This document shows positions 1-14,110 of a stretch of 64,000 bases of DNA, piece after piece. The stretch is from NCBI RefSeq assembly GCF_009914755.1, contig NC_060929.1. One strand, 5' to 3'. A model generated the notes under the pieces. That model did not search any database and was not told where the DNA came from. It saw nothing but the letters and a program-made list of their open reading frames with translations. The DNA comes from the human T2T-CHM13v2.0 reference genome, Homo sapiens. The first letter of the stretch is position 1; every line of letters begins with the position of its first letter. The position numbers and the translations under genes are program-made.

Positions 1-65
1 TATTTGTCGGCAACTCGGAGACTTGGAAAGAGCTCGTTTGTTTTGCTACAGCCTACTTAAAGAAG
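1..65 (+). CDS. ICE1: ICE1 internal coding exon (5' part outside window)
   Basis: Open frame from position 2, ICRQLGDLERARLFCYSLLKE plus 1 nt, ending at donor AAG|GTATGC (66). Phase 1 joins the next exon in frame. Confidence 0.85.
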
Positions 66-1399
66 GTATGCTTAGATTGTGACAATTTTGTATTGAAAAT
101 ATACGATTGCCTTTTTCCCTTATACTGGAGTCTATATTTTCAGCTCTGATTACTGTGTGTCTTTTAAAATAATGTTATGTTTTGTCCATTGAATAGCTTT
201 AGCTATACCCAGCTGCACCTGGTCTTTAGTAGGGCTTACTTATATCAGCACTATATTTCCACTTGTAAATAAATGAGTATCTCTCATTACTGTGTATTTG
301 TTCTATGCTCTGTGCAGCTGCTTTAGAATTAGATATAGTTGCCTTAAAGTATGGGATACTTTAAAGTAAGTGACAAGCCAAACTGCTGTACCACTAGGTG
401 GAAAGGGCAGCAACTTTAAGATGGAATTGTAAGCTGATGAAAAGAAGTAGATGAGAGAAAGCTGAAAGGAGACGGTGACATGAGGGTTGTCCTTTGATTC
501 TCTTTTCTCTTTACTATTTCTTCCATCCCTACTAGTGGATCAGACTGGGAATCATTCTTTGCTGTATCAAATCATCAGTATTTTTAAATCATATGATATA
601 CAAATGAAACCTAGTATCGTATCAGTCTTATCTCAGTGGTAAACATTTACCATCTTTGACTACCATGTTTATGGGGCTTATAAATCAGGATAATTGAGTA
701 TATCCATCACTTTTACTGTTGTGAACGAAGCTGTGAAGTGTTTCATTTGCCCACTTCATTTCTTTGTTTACTCTCTCAGTCATTCATTCAACAAATCATT
801 ATGGAGTGAATGTTGGGATTTCTGTGGTGATTAAAATCAGATGGAGGTACACTTGTCCAGTGGGACTGACAGGCCATAGTCATATCACAAAAACACACAT
901 GAAGTTCAGCAGTTGGTGGGTGGTGGGACGGAACGGGTGTGGGCTCGGCCAGGACCACGATGGATTTCTTCTTCTTCCTCAACCACAGCAAGCCCATTCT
1001 TAGCTCAAGCTTTTGTGCTGACAGCTTTCTTGCTCTGTTTCCCTCAACTCTTGTGTTTCACTCCATTAATTTCACATACCTTCCTAGTCATCCTGGATCC
1101 CTTATTTTTCTTTATTTGCCTTCCTGGCACTTACCACTTCTTAAAGATTAAATATTTTGTTTGCTGTCTCTCTGCTCCTCTAGCTTGTATACTCTGTAAG
1201 GAGAGAATTTATTTGTCTTGTTTCTACTCTGAAGTGTCACCAGATAAACATAGGATTCAAAAATTAACAGATGAAGTTTAGTGCAGTGAGTTTATGCTTT
1301 GAGCTATCTATTCTTAGATGTGTCAGTGATAGATAAAGTAGAACAAAGAAAACTAAAAAGATGTGATTGTACAGCAAACAGGATAAAAATCTTTACTTT

Positions 1400-1985
1400 G
1401 GAAGGCTCTTTGACAGTTTCTTATGAAATTAAAACATTCATTTATCCTATGGCTCAGAAATTCCACTCAGGCACTTACGCAGCAGAAACACAGAGTTAGA
1501 TCATGACATCATTACATAAACTAGCACGCGGATGTAACATCTTGACTCATAGGAGCCCATAACTGGAAACAAATGTCCATCAGCAGGTGAATGGAAAACA
1601 TTTTGATATATCAAGCAGTTAAATACTACTTGGCTATACAAAGGAATAGACTACCAATGCATGCAACAACACGGATGAATGTCAAAACCAACATGCTGAG
1701 TGGGGAAGCCAGACAGAAGAAAGTACCTACTTCACAAATCCATGAATAAATATTTGAGAAAAGGCAAACTAATGTATAGTGACAATAGATCAGGGCTTCT
1801 CTGTATCTGGGGTGAGGTGATATACTGCAGAGCACGAGAGCGAGAGAAGTTTTGAAATGATGGTATTGACTGTTGTGGTGGTGGTTTCGTGGATTTAATC
1901 ATTTATCCAAATTCATTGAACTTTATACTTTAAAAGAGTTTATTTTATTGTCTGTAGACTACACTTCAATTAATTTTTAAAAAAG
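1400..1985 (+). mobile_element. Old L1M (L1ME/MC-like) 3' end fragment
   Basis: Degenerate L1 3' motifs (aactggaaacaaatgtccatcagcaggtgaatgg; catgcaacaacacggatgaat) ending in an A-rich tail. Confidence 0.6.
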
Positions 1986-2100
1986 AGACAAAGAGTGTAG
2001 GAGAAAGTATTTACAACAAAAGAATTGTCATCTAGAATTTATTTTAAAAAATTCTTCAAATCAGAAGCTTTATGTGTTCAATGAGTAAATGTAATGCATA

Positions 2101-2152
2101 AAAACCTATGTAATGTAATACAAAACCTATGTAATGCAAAACCTATGTAATG
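2101..2152. repeat. Short tandem repeat (AAAACCTATGTAATG) x3
   Basis: Copies at 2101, 2122 and 2138. Confidence 0.8.
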
Positions 2153-2390
2153 CATAAAAATTGCCTGTAATGACACATACCAAATGGGAGAATTCTGAGA
2201 CTGAGGAAGTTGGAGAACGGATTTTGGAAATGACTGTGACTGGAGCCTCATCTGGGCTCCCCATTTACAGCTTCCTCCATTGCAGGATGCCTGCAAGGCA
2301 CCAGTGAAATTAATACAATTTGTTCTTAATTTGCAATTTATTTACTCGATCATACATCAAAGAGTTATTGTATTATTTTATTTCTGATAG

Positions 2391-2551
2391 ATTTTCCGGA
2401 GTCTGAAAAATTAACTTTGTTTATTGCAAACATGTGGCATGATATATTTCTCTCTCAATCGGTGATTAATAAAGCAATGCAGTTAGTTGCCAGGCAACGT
2501 GCTAAAGGAGAGGTTCTGAACTGCTTGAGAGCTTTTCTTAATTGGGAAAAG
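2391..2551 (+). CDS. ICE1: ICE1 coding exon
   Basis: Pyrimidine-rich acceptor tttctgatag|, donor AAG|GTGAGC. Encodes (D)FPESEKLTLFIANMWHDIFLSQSVINKAMQLVARQRAKGEVLNCLRAFLNWEK; 161 nt, phase 1 to 0. Confidence 0.9.
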
Positions 2552-3508
2552 GTGAGCCATATTTCTGTTTCTTACAGTATCTTACTTTTAGATATTATAT
2601 AAATGTTAATTATTTTGTTGTGTATTTAGTTTTATATTAGTTCATAGGCATTTTCTTCTTTCTAGATCTTTTAAAATTTAATCAGTTTAGCCTAAGCTTA
2701 TCCATTTTGTTAATTAAGAATGCATGAGACATTCAAGGAAGAATTGTAGACCAAAGGATTGTGTTAATTAACAGTTTGTGTTATACACTAATTTGTGACT
2801 GATGAAACCCACGCATAGGTGTATATGTTTAAAAGTCTCAGAGAAGCTACAAAATTATTTGGTTCTTCAATAGATACTTAGGTAAAAATATATATATTTC
2901 AGTTTTTTCCTATTAGGATTTTTAAAATCTAATATGCTTAATTTTTCTTTCCAGTTGATAGAATTTGTTTTTATGCTGACTAGTTTGTTCCCGTGTTATC
3001 TTTTATTATTATTTTCAGTTATTGATATGTTAAAGTAAGTGTCTAGATGGGTGTTCTTTCATCATTTTCTTTCATTCATTCATTTTACCTAATGAGAGTC
3101 TAACTACCGGTAGCGAACTTCAAGAAGAGGTACTGAAGCCAGTGATATTGATTTTTTAATTTTATTTTCTGTTTTTAATGAGCATGTATTTCCTCTTCTA
3201 AAAACTCCCCTGGGCTTATGTGTGGAGCAGAATTTTATATGCTGTTTTGCCTTTTTTTATTATTACTTTTGATGTTAGTATTTGTTAGGCTTTTATTTTT
3301 TATAAAACGTAAAGGAAAGAGCTTTTGGTGGTCAAAAGTTAGGTAAATATTAAAAAGCAAGTTTGTAATGATCTCTTCATCAATCTATCTAGACACAACA
3401 GAGTAGATTCATGTGAGGTATTGTCATAAATTCTAGTTGGTCATTTTGTGTCAGGAGAGACATCCTGACTCCTACTAATGGATACCAGCAACCACATATA
3501 TATCTGCT

Positions 3509-3880
3509 CCAGAGGGCTGCCAGCTTCCGGAGAGTTACCTGCTTCTGGAAGGTTACCTGCCTCCAGAGACTTACCTGCTTTGAGGGTTACTGCCTTCCGA
3601 GGGTTACCTGTTCCCAGAGAATTACCTGCCTCTGGAGGGTTACCTGTTCCCAGAGAGTTACCTGCCTCGAGCATTACCTGCCCCAAGAGAGTTAACTGTT
3701 CCCAGAGGGTTACCTGTTCACAGAGAGTTACTTGCCTCCAGAGGATTACTTGCCTCCAGAGAGTTACCCGTTCCCAGAGGGTTACCTGCCTACAGGGGGT
3801 TACCTGTTCCTAGAGAGTTACTGTGTCTGGAGAGTTACTTGCCTTCAGAGGGTTACCCGCCTTCAGAATGTTATCTGTCC
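3509..3880. repeat. 18-bp minisatellite, consensus ~GAGRGTTACCTGYYYCCA, about 20 units
   Basis: Read directly; the period-6 peptide repeats in ORFs 3478..3813 and 3441..3686 reflect it. Confidence 0.9.
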
Positions 3881-3989
3881 AGCCTGCTTCTGCTCTCACT
3901 TGGTCTTTCCACTTGCACACTAGAGCCCATCTCCTTTCACCTGTTCAGAATTAAGCAGGATATGGTTAAAAAGACATTACTTATGAAGA

Positions 3990-5390
3990 ACATAACATTT
4001 TAGTAAATGTATTTGCTAAATATTGTATCAAATAAAAATACATAGAGCTTTAAGAAAGGTGAGAAATACTTGGGGAATAAAACCCCATTATATTACAGGA
4101 TTTCCAAATACTCACTTACAGAATTAAACATCTGGTAAACAAAAATGAAGACATAGTACAGTTCATTAATTTAAAAAGTAAATGTGTATGAAGAATATGT
4201 ATTTTTTATATATCTATGACACATTTGCACAAATGAATGATGAATTGGCCACATGAAAACATTCATTTCTAAAAGCAAAGATTTGACACTCAAAATTCCC
4301 TGGTAATAATTCAGTAAAATTTAACAGAAAAAAAATTCAAAATATTTACATTTACTTTGAAATTGAGATATACATTCTTAGACAATCTGGGAACAAATAA
4401 AATATGCAAAGTAAAATCACAGTCTTAAAAGTCAATGAAAAGGTAAACTCAGAATCAAATATCTCTAGCTTTTTTGGAAAACATGTACTCATTAAAGTAT
4501 CTTAAATGTCTTAGTTGTTTAGCAGAAAATAAATGAAGTTAACTGTTACTCATCTTCAACATTAGAAATATGACAAGGGAACCAGAGAAAAAGAATAAAT
4601 TTTAAGAGATAGTAGTAACTAAGTGGAAAAGAAACAGAAACACATAGAAGACAAAAATACTACCTTTAAAAAATGCCAGCAACATAGATAGCTGACAGTG
4701 CAGATCAGCAAAAACAGAGAAAAGCAAAAATAGTGAAGATTTGAAATGGGAAAGTAGACATATAGGACACAGAATGAGAAGACTACTACCTGCAGTCCTA
4801 TAGCAGCAGATTTGGAAACAGGGTGATTTCCTGGCAAAATAAAAATGATGAATATTGGCTTTGGGGTAGAAAACTTGAAAAGACTGGTTGAAAAGATGAT
4901 TAAAACTTTTCTGTACAAAGACATGTGTAGATTCCACCTGAGTTTTAATCTAATCTTTAAAGAACCAAGTAACTATAATCTATTTTAAGCATGAGGAAAA
5001 ATTGAAAGCCTTCTGTTCATTTCTAGTAATAAAACCCAATTAAAAATGCTATAAGAAAGAGAAAAAAGCCAGTTTTTAGTGAGTCACTTAGATGTAAAAA
5101 GTGTCACTAAACAGGAGATTTCAGTATGTATTCAAAGAATAATACTTTATAACTAAATAGAGTTTATCCTGATAAAACAAGGAGAATTCAGAATCAGAAA
5201 ATCAATACATTACTAAATTAAAGAAGAAACCCCCATGGGATTATTCCTAGACTAGGAAATGAAGGAAACTTATTAAATATGATACTACTAGTTAACAAGA
5301 AATCAGTAGTATTGTCTTCAGTGTAAATTTTGAAATTATTTCAGTTTTTAAAATCATGAGTTAGGGATTCCTGCTGTAACCATGGTGGGA
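3990..5390 (+). mobile_element. Highly degraded L1M ORF2-region remnant
   Basis: A-rich strand bias and residual L1 ORF2-like motifs; boundaries approximate. Confidence 0.4.
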
Positions 5391-6359
5391 AGTATTTCCC
5401 TGGGTTGGGTTCTTCAAGGTGGTTCCTCCTCCAACTTTTTCTGGTGGAGGTGATAAAATCTTTAAGGATGCTCTATATGTAGAAGTGACTTCCTGGTTTA
5501 AATTACTGCTGAATTTTAAAGTTGTAAATTTATAAACCTTTTAAAAAAGCATTTAAATTCATGAGTCATGATTCATTTATAAATCAATTAATTGTTAACA
5601 AAGTAAGAATGTGTTTACTTTGGCCATTGATGAATGTTAGTTAACTCATGTATTTAACAGATTCACATTTCCTAAATAATCTTATTTACAAATTTCAGAT
5701 TATCTTAAAACTTTAAACATATTCATAAACTTAAGATGTATTCTTCAAAAACACTTAAAGTAGGCCTTCAAATCTAATAAGCATAATCTTTTAAGCACTT
5801 AAGCAACTCTTGAATGTAGAACATGAGTTGTAATAAATATTCAATGTTTACAAACTTAATTACATTCTGTTAAACATGTCTAATTAAAATTATGATTCTA
5901 ATACCAAATACTTCAATTACAGCCACACCTGAAACATAGGAGATTCTCAGCACTTTATGGAGCGTGTATTGTATACATGCAGATTATCCCATGTTCACAA
6001 TTACTGCCAAATGTAAAATAGGTACTCAAAAAAGTGAATATATGGATTTGATTTCTTTCATGTCAAAATTTATTTCTGCATCTGCTCAGGTTGCGAAGTC
6101 ACTGATTTTTCTAAGTGGGAAATATTTACCATTCTGGCTGAGTTTTGGTTATCAGGTGTATTATTTTGAACCATGATTTGGCTATGGATTATCTTATAGA
6201 AACCTTGAGACTTAGAACCTTTCAGGATATATATGGCCAAGCTACAGGTTCACTTGTGGAGTCCTTCTAGTAATAAAGCAAATTTCCAAGCCCAAGCCTT
6301 TTCTTGTATTAAGTATATTGAGTATTATATGTGTATTATTTTTATAATGAAACTCATGC

Positions 6360-6760
6360 AGTGCTGGTGGAAACGTGAAAAGGCATGACTACTTTGCAAA
6401 ATTGTTGGGCACCATCTTATAAAGTTAAGCCATTTCTTAGCCAGAGGCCCAGGAGTTCCACTCTTAGGTATTTTCAAGAGAAGTGAAATTTACATCCTCA
6501 CAAAGGCTTGCATGTGAATATTCATAGCAGCATTAACAGTAGTCAAAAGTGAATTGATAAACAGTAATATGTCCATATAATTGGTTATTACTCAGCAGTA
6601 AAAAGAAGTTCAAACTACTCTTTCATGCAACACTATGGATAAATATCATAACACATTATACACAGGTGTGAAAAAAGCCAGAAATAAGAATTCATTACTG
6701 TCTGATTCAGTTTTATGAATTTCTCGAAAAGGCAGACTGATACTCAATGTCAGAAAAATA
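6360..6760 (+). mobile_element. Old L1ME-like 3' fragment
   Basis: Motifs gttccactcttaggtattt...gaatattcatagcagcatt...ttactcagcagtaaaaaga. Confidence 0.55.
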
Positions 6761-7120
6761 ATAGAATTTAAAGAATTTTTAAAGGTTTATTTTTATAATT
6801 ATAACTAGCTTTCTAACTTTAATTCTCTAATTTGAGTTGATGAAACTGTGCTTTCCTATCTGGATTACAGGTAAGCTCTTTTCTACCTGATTGGATCCTG
6901 CATCCTGCCTATATTGCTTTTTAATCTGGCTCATCCAGCTACCATTGTGTAATCATTCTGTGACTAAGATAAACATGGTTCCTTAGTCAAACTGTTTTAA
7001 AAAGCTATTTCAGATTAAATGATTAGTCATCGAATGCTTATTATAGTCTTTTAGATAACTAAGGTAAGATGCATTCTATTTGAAACTCCAGATTTTATTT
7101 TATTTCTTTTCATTTGCTAG

Positions 7121-7311
7121 AATGCCCCGGTAGATGTTGGCTTCATGGTTTCTAAGCTGCTTTTGACCATACAGTTATGTCCAAAAACAGAATTTCAACC
7201 TAGTGAAAAATTTGGTGAAGACCTAAGTGATAACACTTGGGAATACATATTTGCCATTGATCTGCTCTGCTGCCATCAGAAATGGATCTGGACGCATGAT
7301 AACATCATAAG
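7121..7311 (+). CDS. ICE1: ICE1 coding exon
   Basis: Acceptor ttttcatttgctag|, donor AAG|GTTAGT. Encodes NAPVDVGFMVSKLLLTIQLCPKTEFQPSEKFGEDLSDNTWEYIFAIDLLCCHQKWIWTHDNII; 191 nt, phase 0 to 2. Confidence 0.9.
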
Positions 7312-7491
7312 GTTAGTTATTTTACTAATTTAAATAAAGATATGTTATTGTAAGGTTGAATTGTTGAACACTGAATTGTGGCTTGAATCATTTTTGTCGT
7401 TTAAGTGTGTAAGGCAGATGAAACATTTACAAATTACACTGTTTTTATTTTATAAGAGTTAATAAAACTACCCTTAAGATACCTTCATCAC

Positions 7492-7847
<356 letters not shown>

Positions 7848-9535
7848 TCACTAGTTTTTGTTCAATTCTGCTATTGTCATCTCTCTCCCCAGTAGAAATG
7901 ACTCTGGAGGGGCGGAGGGTGGCCTTGGTTGGCTTGTGGCGTATCCCTAGCATGCGGAACAGTGCCCACACAAGGGGAGCACCTGGCGAATGTATGTTGA
8001 ATGAAATTAATTATCATTATCGTAACATACAGATACTCACAAAACCTAAAGGGAAGAGAAATATTCAAAATTATAAATTAGCAGCTTCTGTCACCTGGGA
8101 GAAAATTAAGCTCTCTGACATTCATTGTATGTAGTAAATTAACTTTTCTCTGTGCATCTATAATTCTGGCACTAGCTTTGTACCATCTCTGAGAGAATGG
8201 AGAAAATTGTCACTCAAATAATTTTTCTGTAGGTCTTAATTTTCTTGTGGAACCCTGGCTGAGAAAGGCTGGTTTAAGGGAGTTGGTGACATTAAAAAGG
8301 ATGCATCAAAGGTTTGATAATCCATATCCTTGAGATACTTGAAGCTGTGGAAATTACCTTGTCCATGGATCCATGTGTGTCCAAGGATGTCTGTTACTCT
8401 TGTTCATCATCTTGACACTAAGGGAAGATTAGACATCTGAATGTCAAACAGTAAGGAATCAAATCATGGCACTCCTGTATGAGATGATAGCTATATTAAA
8501 ACACATAGCTATGAATGGATTACTATGTATTGACATGGAAAAGTATTTCCCAGTCTGTTACTAAATAAGAAAATGACAGAACAGTCTGTCCAGTGCCAGT
8601 CTGTATAATGATGTGTCAGGGCCTGCTGTGGGCCTCAGCTTTCTGAATCCTCATGGGAACCCATGAGGCAGGGCCCTGCTGGCCCCAGTTATGCATGAAG
8701 AGACCAGGGCTGGTGCCCGTCAAAGATGCTTCGTCCACGATCCCTGCACTCGTGGTGAAGACATCATCAAACATGAGGATCTCCACCTGAGCAACTGCCG
8801 ACCCTGCTCCCTTCCTCAGCACTGGTGGCTCTCTCCAGGTTGTTTACATCCATAGATAGTAGGGAGTATCTAGAAGAAAAGCCAGAATTAGAAGAGTAAT
8901 AATGATCTGAGACTGAGTTTGGAGTGCTTTTAATTATCATTTTTCTTTTGTCTACATTAAACTTTTCTAGTGATACTTTATGAATGCCATGAAAGAAGTA
9001 GATAGATTTTTGAAAAAACAGATGACAAAGAGGAATTGGCACTGTTTTCAGTCAGTGGAAAGTTTCTTTTATCCATCTAAAGTGTTATTTGATTACTGAA
9101 GTTACAGTTTTCCTCTGGCTTAGCTCCTTTTGGTTTACATGCACAGCTTTATTTGTCTGTGATCCTGCCGGATAACTTGGCTTCTAAAACACAGGGGCTG
9201 CTTTTGCACCTGGAGAGTCCAAGTGAAAACTCAGGCTCTACCACTTCGTAGTTCTGGGACACTGGGGATGCTCTTCAGCTTCTCTGTCCAAAGCCTTGTT
9301 CAGAAGAATTAGAACAAGATGCAAGCACTGAATTTGCAGCCACGTTTAAGCTAGCATGGGCACAACTATGCTGTTGGAGAAGATGTGAGCATCCAGTATC
9401 TGTTCTCACTTGAACTTACAATGTTAGATCCTCAGCAGTTATCCTCTTTCACTTATTGCTTAAGGATCATTTATAAGATATTAGTATTATTTGAGTGATG
9501 ATGAGCATACATCTTTTCATGTTGTTTTTTTATAG

Positions 9536-9642
9536 TAAGGAGCTGTGGCCTGTGATGGATAAATGGATAAAATACAGAAAAGGACATGCAAACATTGCGT
9601 ATACTCCTGATATTATTATAGCCTCAATACTGAGGCTGATTG
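9536..9642 (+). CDS. ICE1: ICE1 coding exon
   Basis: Acceptor gttgttttttttatag|, donor TTG|GTAAGT. Encodes (S)KELWPVMDKWIKYRKGHANIAYTPDIIIASILRLI; 107 nt, phase 2 to 1. Confidence 0.9.
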
Positions 9643-9976
9643 GTAAGTTGTCTGTTTTATTATTGTTTTTTTCTTGTTATTGATATCTTGGTGGAAGGCT
9701 GGGGGGGTTAACTGTATAATAAAATATGCTGACTTTGAAAATTTCTGATTTTACAACCATCAGAGTAGATACTTTTGTACTTAAGTCATTCTCCTTTCTC
9801 TCTCCTTGTAAATTAGTGTTTTATTCATCTTTTTCAGAGATTAAGATTTTTCATATTAGTACATTTTAGTTACAATTGAGCTCTTTTTAGATGCTAATAC
9901 TAATATACATAAAGACTAGGATATATAAGTCGCTATAAATTATACTGTAGTTTCATTTGGTTTCTAAAATAAGGAT

Positions 9977-10394
9977 TGTATTAAGCCATTCTTGCATTGC
10001 TATATAAAACTACCTGAGATGGGATAATTTATAAAGAGGTTTCATTGGCTTCCAGTTCTGCAGGCTTTACAGGAAGTAGAATGCTGGCACCTGCTTGGCT
10101 CGTGGGGAAGCCTTAGGGAGCTTTCAATCATGGTTGCAGGTAATGGGGGAACAGATACATCACATATGGAAAGCAGGAGCAAGTGAGGGGTAGCGGGGAG
10201 GGGTCACACACTTTCAAATGACCAAATCTCCTGTGAACTCAGAGCAAGAGCTTGCTCACCACACGGATGGCCCAAGGCATTCATGAGGGATCCGCTCCCA
10301 TGATCCAGACACCTCCCACCAGGCCCCACCTCCAGCACTGGGGATTACAATTCAACGTGAGATTTGGGCGGGGACAGATAAACAAACTGTATCG
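9977..10394 (-). mobile_element. MaLR solo LTR (MST family)
   Basis: tgtattaagccattcttgcattgctat...gagatttgggcggggaca...; 5-bp TSD AGGAT at 9972-9976 and 10395-10399. Confidence 0.85.
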
Positions 10395-10728
10395 AGGATA
10401 TCTTCACACCACCTGCCCAATTTTTTCATACTTGCTTGATAAGGGTCACTTAAGCGAATTACAGAAATGAAATGATTGTTTAAAAATATTTTAAATGAGA
10501 CATGGATCCTTCTTAATCTCATATTTAAAGAGGACCTCAATGGCCATTTGGTTCTGCTTCCTTATTTGCTACAAATCGTTAGTTTTTATTTTTACTTATC
10601 TCCTATGAATCTTTATTTTTATTTTTATTTTTACTTATTTTTTTCTTCTGTCTTGTCTTCAACAAGCTGCTGTCCAAGCCCTGCAGAATTATCAGTGATA
10701 AAATCTATTAATTAGAAAGATCTCTTAG

Positions 10729-13655
10729 ACAGAAAAAACCCTTCAAAAAAATCAATGAATCCAGGAGCTGGGTTTTTGAAAAGATTAACAAAATAGACCA
10801 CTAGCCAGACTAATAAAGAAGAAAAGAGACAAGAATCAAATAGACACAATAAAAAATGATAAAGGGGTTATCACCACTGATTCCACAGAAATATAAACTG
10901 CCATCAGAGAATACTGTAAACACCTCTATGCAAATAAACTAGAAAATCTAGAAGAAATGGATAAATTCCTGGACACACACACTCTCCCAAGACTAAACCA
11001 GAAAGAAGTTGAATCCCTGAATAGACCAATAACAAGTTCTGAAATTGAGGCAGTGATTAACAGCCTACAAACCAAAAAAGCCCAGAACCAGACAGATTCA
11101 CAGCCAAATTTTACCAGAGGTACAAAGAGGAGCTGGTACCATTCCTTCTGAAGCTATTCCAAACAGTAGAAAAAGAAGGAATCCTCCCTAACTCATTTTA
11201 TGAGGCCAGCATCATCCTGATACCAAAACCTGGCAGAGACAAAACAGAAAAAATTTCAGGCCAACGTCTCCAGTGAACATCGATGCGAAAATCCTCAATA
11301 AAATACCGGCAAACCAAATCCAGCAGCATATCAAAAACTTATCCACCACGATCAAGTCAGCTTCAACCCTGGGATGCAAGGCTGGTTCAACATATGCAAA
11401 GCAATAAGCCTAATCCATCACATAAACAGAACCAGTGACAAAAACCACATGATTATCTCAATAGATACCGAAAAGGCCTTCAGTAAAATTCAACATCCCT
11501 TCATGCTAAAAACTCTCAAACTAGGTATTGATGGAACATAACATAATTAGAGCTATTTATGACAAATCTACAGCCAGTATCATACTGAATGGGCAAAAGC
11601 TGGAAGCATTCCCTTTGAAAACTGGCACAAGGCAAGGATGCCCTCTCTTACCACTCCTGTTCAACATCGTATTGGAAGTTCTGGCCAGGCCAATCAGGCA
11701 AGAGAAAGAAATAAATAGGAAGAGAGGAAGTCAAACTGTCTTTGCAGATGACATGATTGTATATTTAGAAAACCCCATCGTCTCAGCCCAAACACTCCTT
11801 AAGCTGATAAGCAGCTTCAGCAAAGTCTCAGGATACAAAATCAATGTGCAAAAATCACAAGCATTCCTATATATCAGTAATAGACAAGCATAGAGCTAAA
11901 TCATGTGTGAACTCCCATTCATAATTGCTACAAAGAGAATAAAATGCCTAGTAATAAAACTTACAAGGGATGTGAAGGACCTCTTCAAGGAGAACTACAA
12001 ACCACTGCTCAAGGAAAAAGGACACAAATGGAAAAACATTTCATGCTCATGGATAGGAAGAATCAATATCGTGAAAATAACCACACTGCCCAAAGTAATT
12101 TATAGATTCAATGCTATTTCCATCAAGCTACCACTGACTTTCTTCGCAGAATTAGAAAAAACTACTTTAAATTTCATATGGAGCCAAAAAACCCATATAG
12201 CCAACACAGTTGTAAGCAAAAAGAACAAAGCTGGAAGTGTCACAGTAGACTTCAAACTATACTAAAAGGCTATAGAAGCCAAAATAGCATGATACTGATA
12301 CCAAAACAGACATATAGACCAATGGAACAGAACAGAGACCTCAGAAATAACTACACATCTACAGCCATCATCATGATCTTTGACAAACCTGATAAAAACA
12401 AGCAACGGGAAAAGGATTCCCTATTTATTAAATGGTGCTGGGAAAACTGGCTAGCCGTATGCATAAAACTGAAATTGGACCCCTTCCTTACACCTTATAC
12501 AAAAATTAACTTAAGATGGATTAAAGACTTAAATGTAAAACCCAAAACCATAAAAACCCTAAAAGAAAAACTAGGCAATACCATTCAGGACATAGGCATG
12601 GGCAAAGACTTCATGACTAAAACGCCAAAAGCAATTGCAACAAAAACCTGAATTGACAAATGGGATCTCATTAAACTAAAGAGCTTCTGCACAGCAAAAG
12701 AAACTACCGTCAGAATGAACAGGCATCCTACAGAATGGGAGAAATTTTTTGCAATCTATCCATCTGACAAAGGTCCAATATCCAGAATCTACAAGGAATG
12801 TAAACAAATTTACAAGAAAAAACAACCCTATCAAAAAGTGGGCAAAGGATACGAACAGACACTTCTCAAAAGAAGACATTTATGCGGCCAACAAACATGA
12901 AAAAAAGCTCATCATTCACTGGTTATTAGAGAAACGCAAATCAAAACCACTATGAGGTACCATCTCACACCAGTTAGGATGGTGATCATTAAAAAGTCAG
13001 GAAACAACAGATGCTGGTGAGGCTGTGGAGAAATAGGAATGCTTCTACACTGCTGGTGGGAGTGGAAATTAGTTCAAGCATTGTGGAAGACAGTGTGGTG
13101 ATTCTCAAGGATCTAGAAACAGAAATACCATTTGACCCAGCAATCTCACACTAGTGGGTATATACCCAAAGAATTATAAATCATTCCACTATAAAGACTC
13201 ATGCACACATATGTTTATTGCAGCACTATTTACAATAGCAAAGACTTGGAACCAACCCAAGTGTCCATCAGTGAGAGACTGGATAAAGAAAATGTGGCAC
13301 ATAATATACCATGGAATACTATGCAGCCATAAAAATGAGTTATGTCCTTTGCAGGGACATGGATGAAGCTGGAAGCCATCATTCTCAGCAAACTAACACA
13401 GGAACAGAAACCCAAGCACTGCATGTTCTCACTCATAAGTGGGAGTTGAACAGTGAGAACACATGGACACAGGGGAACATCACACACTGGGGCCTGTCGG
13501 GGCATGGGGGGTAAGGGGAGGGAGAGCATTAGGACAAATACCTGTGGGACTTAAAACCTAGATGATGGGTTGATAGGTGCAGCAAACCATCATGGCACAT
13601 GTATACCTATGTAACAAACCTGTACGTTCTGCATGTGTATTCCACAACTGAAAAA
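10729..13655 (+). mobile_element. 5'-truncated L1PA element (ORF2 RT/C-terminal remnants and 3'UTR), frameshifted
   Basis: ORF2 fragments (MDKFLDT..., [12 protein letters not shown] motif, HMFIAALFTIAKTWNQPKCP); ~15-bp TSD AGAAAG(A/C)TCTCTTAG at 10714-10728 and 13656-13670. Confidence 0.95.
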
Positions 13656-13783
13656 AGAAAGCTCTCTTAGTTTTGACCTGACTTCTCTATCTGCAGCATG
13701 TATTCTTTGCCCCTGGGGAATATAAAACAAGCTTCATCCAATTTCTGCATTATAGCCCTTAGATACTTTGAAGATAATTATGA

Positions 13784-14110
<327 letters not shown>

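Noticed and set aside
3441-3923. Repetitive ORFs (QRVTCL / PRELPA) and a CRISPR-like periodic look
   Set aside because: Head-to-tail 18-bp minisatellite without unique spacers; eukaryotic intron with no cas genes.
6862-6877. Strong donor-like CAG|GTAAGC in an ICE1 intron (possible poison exon)
   Set aside because: No convincing upstream acceptor could be assigned by eye.
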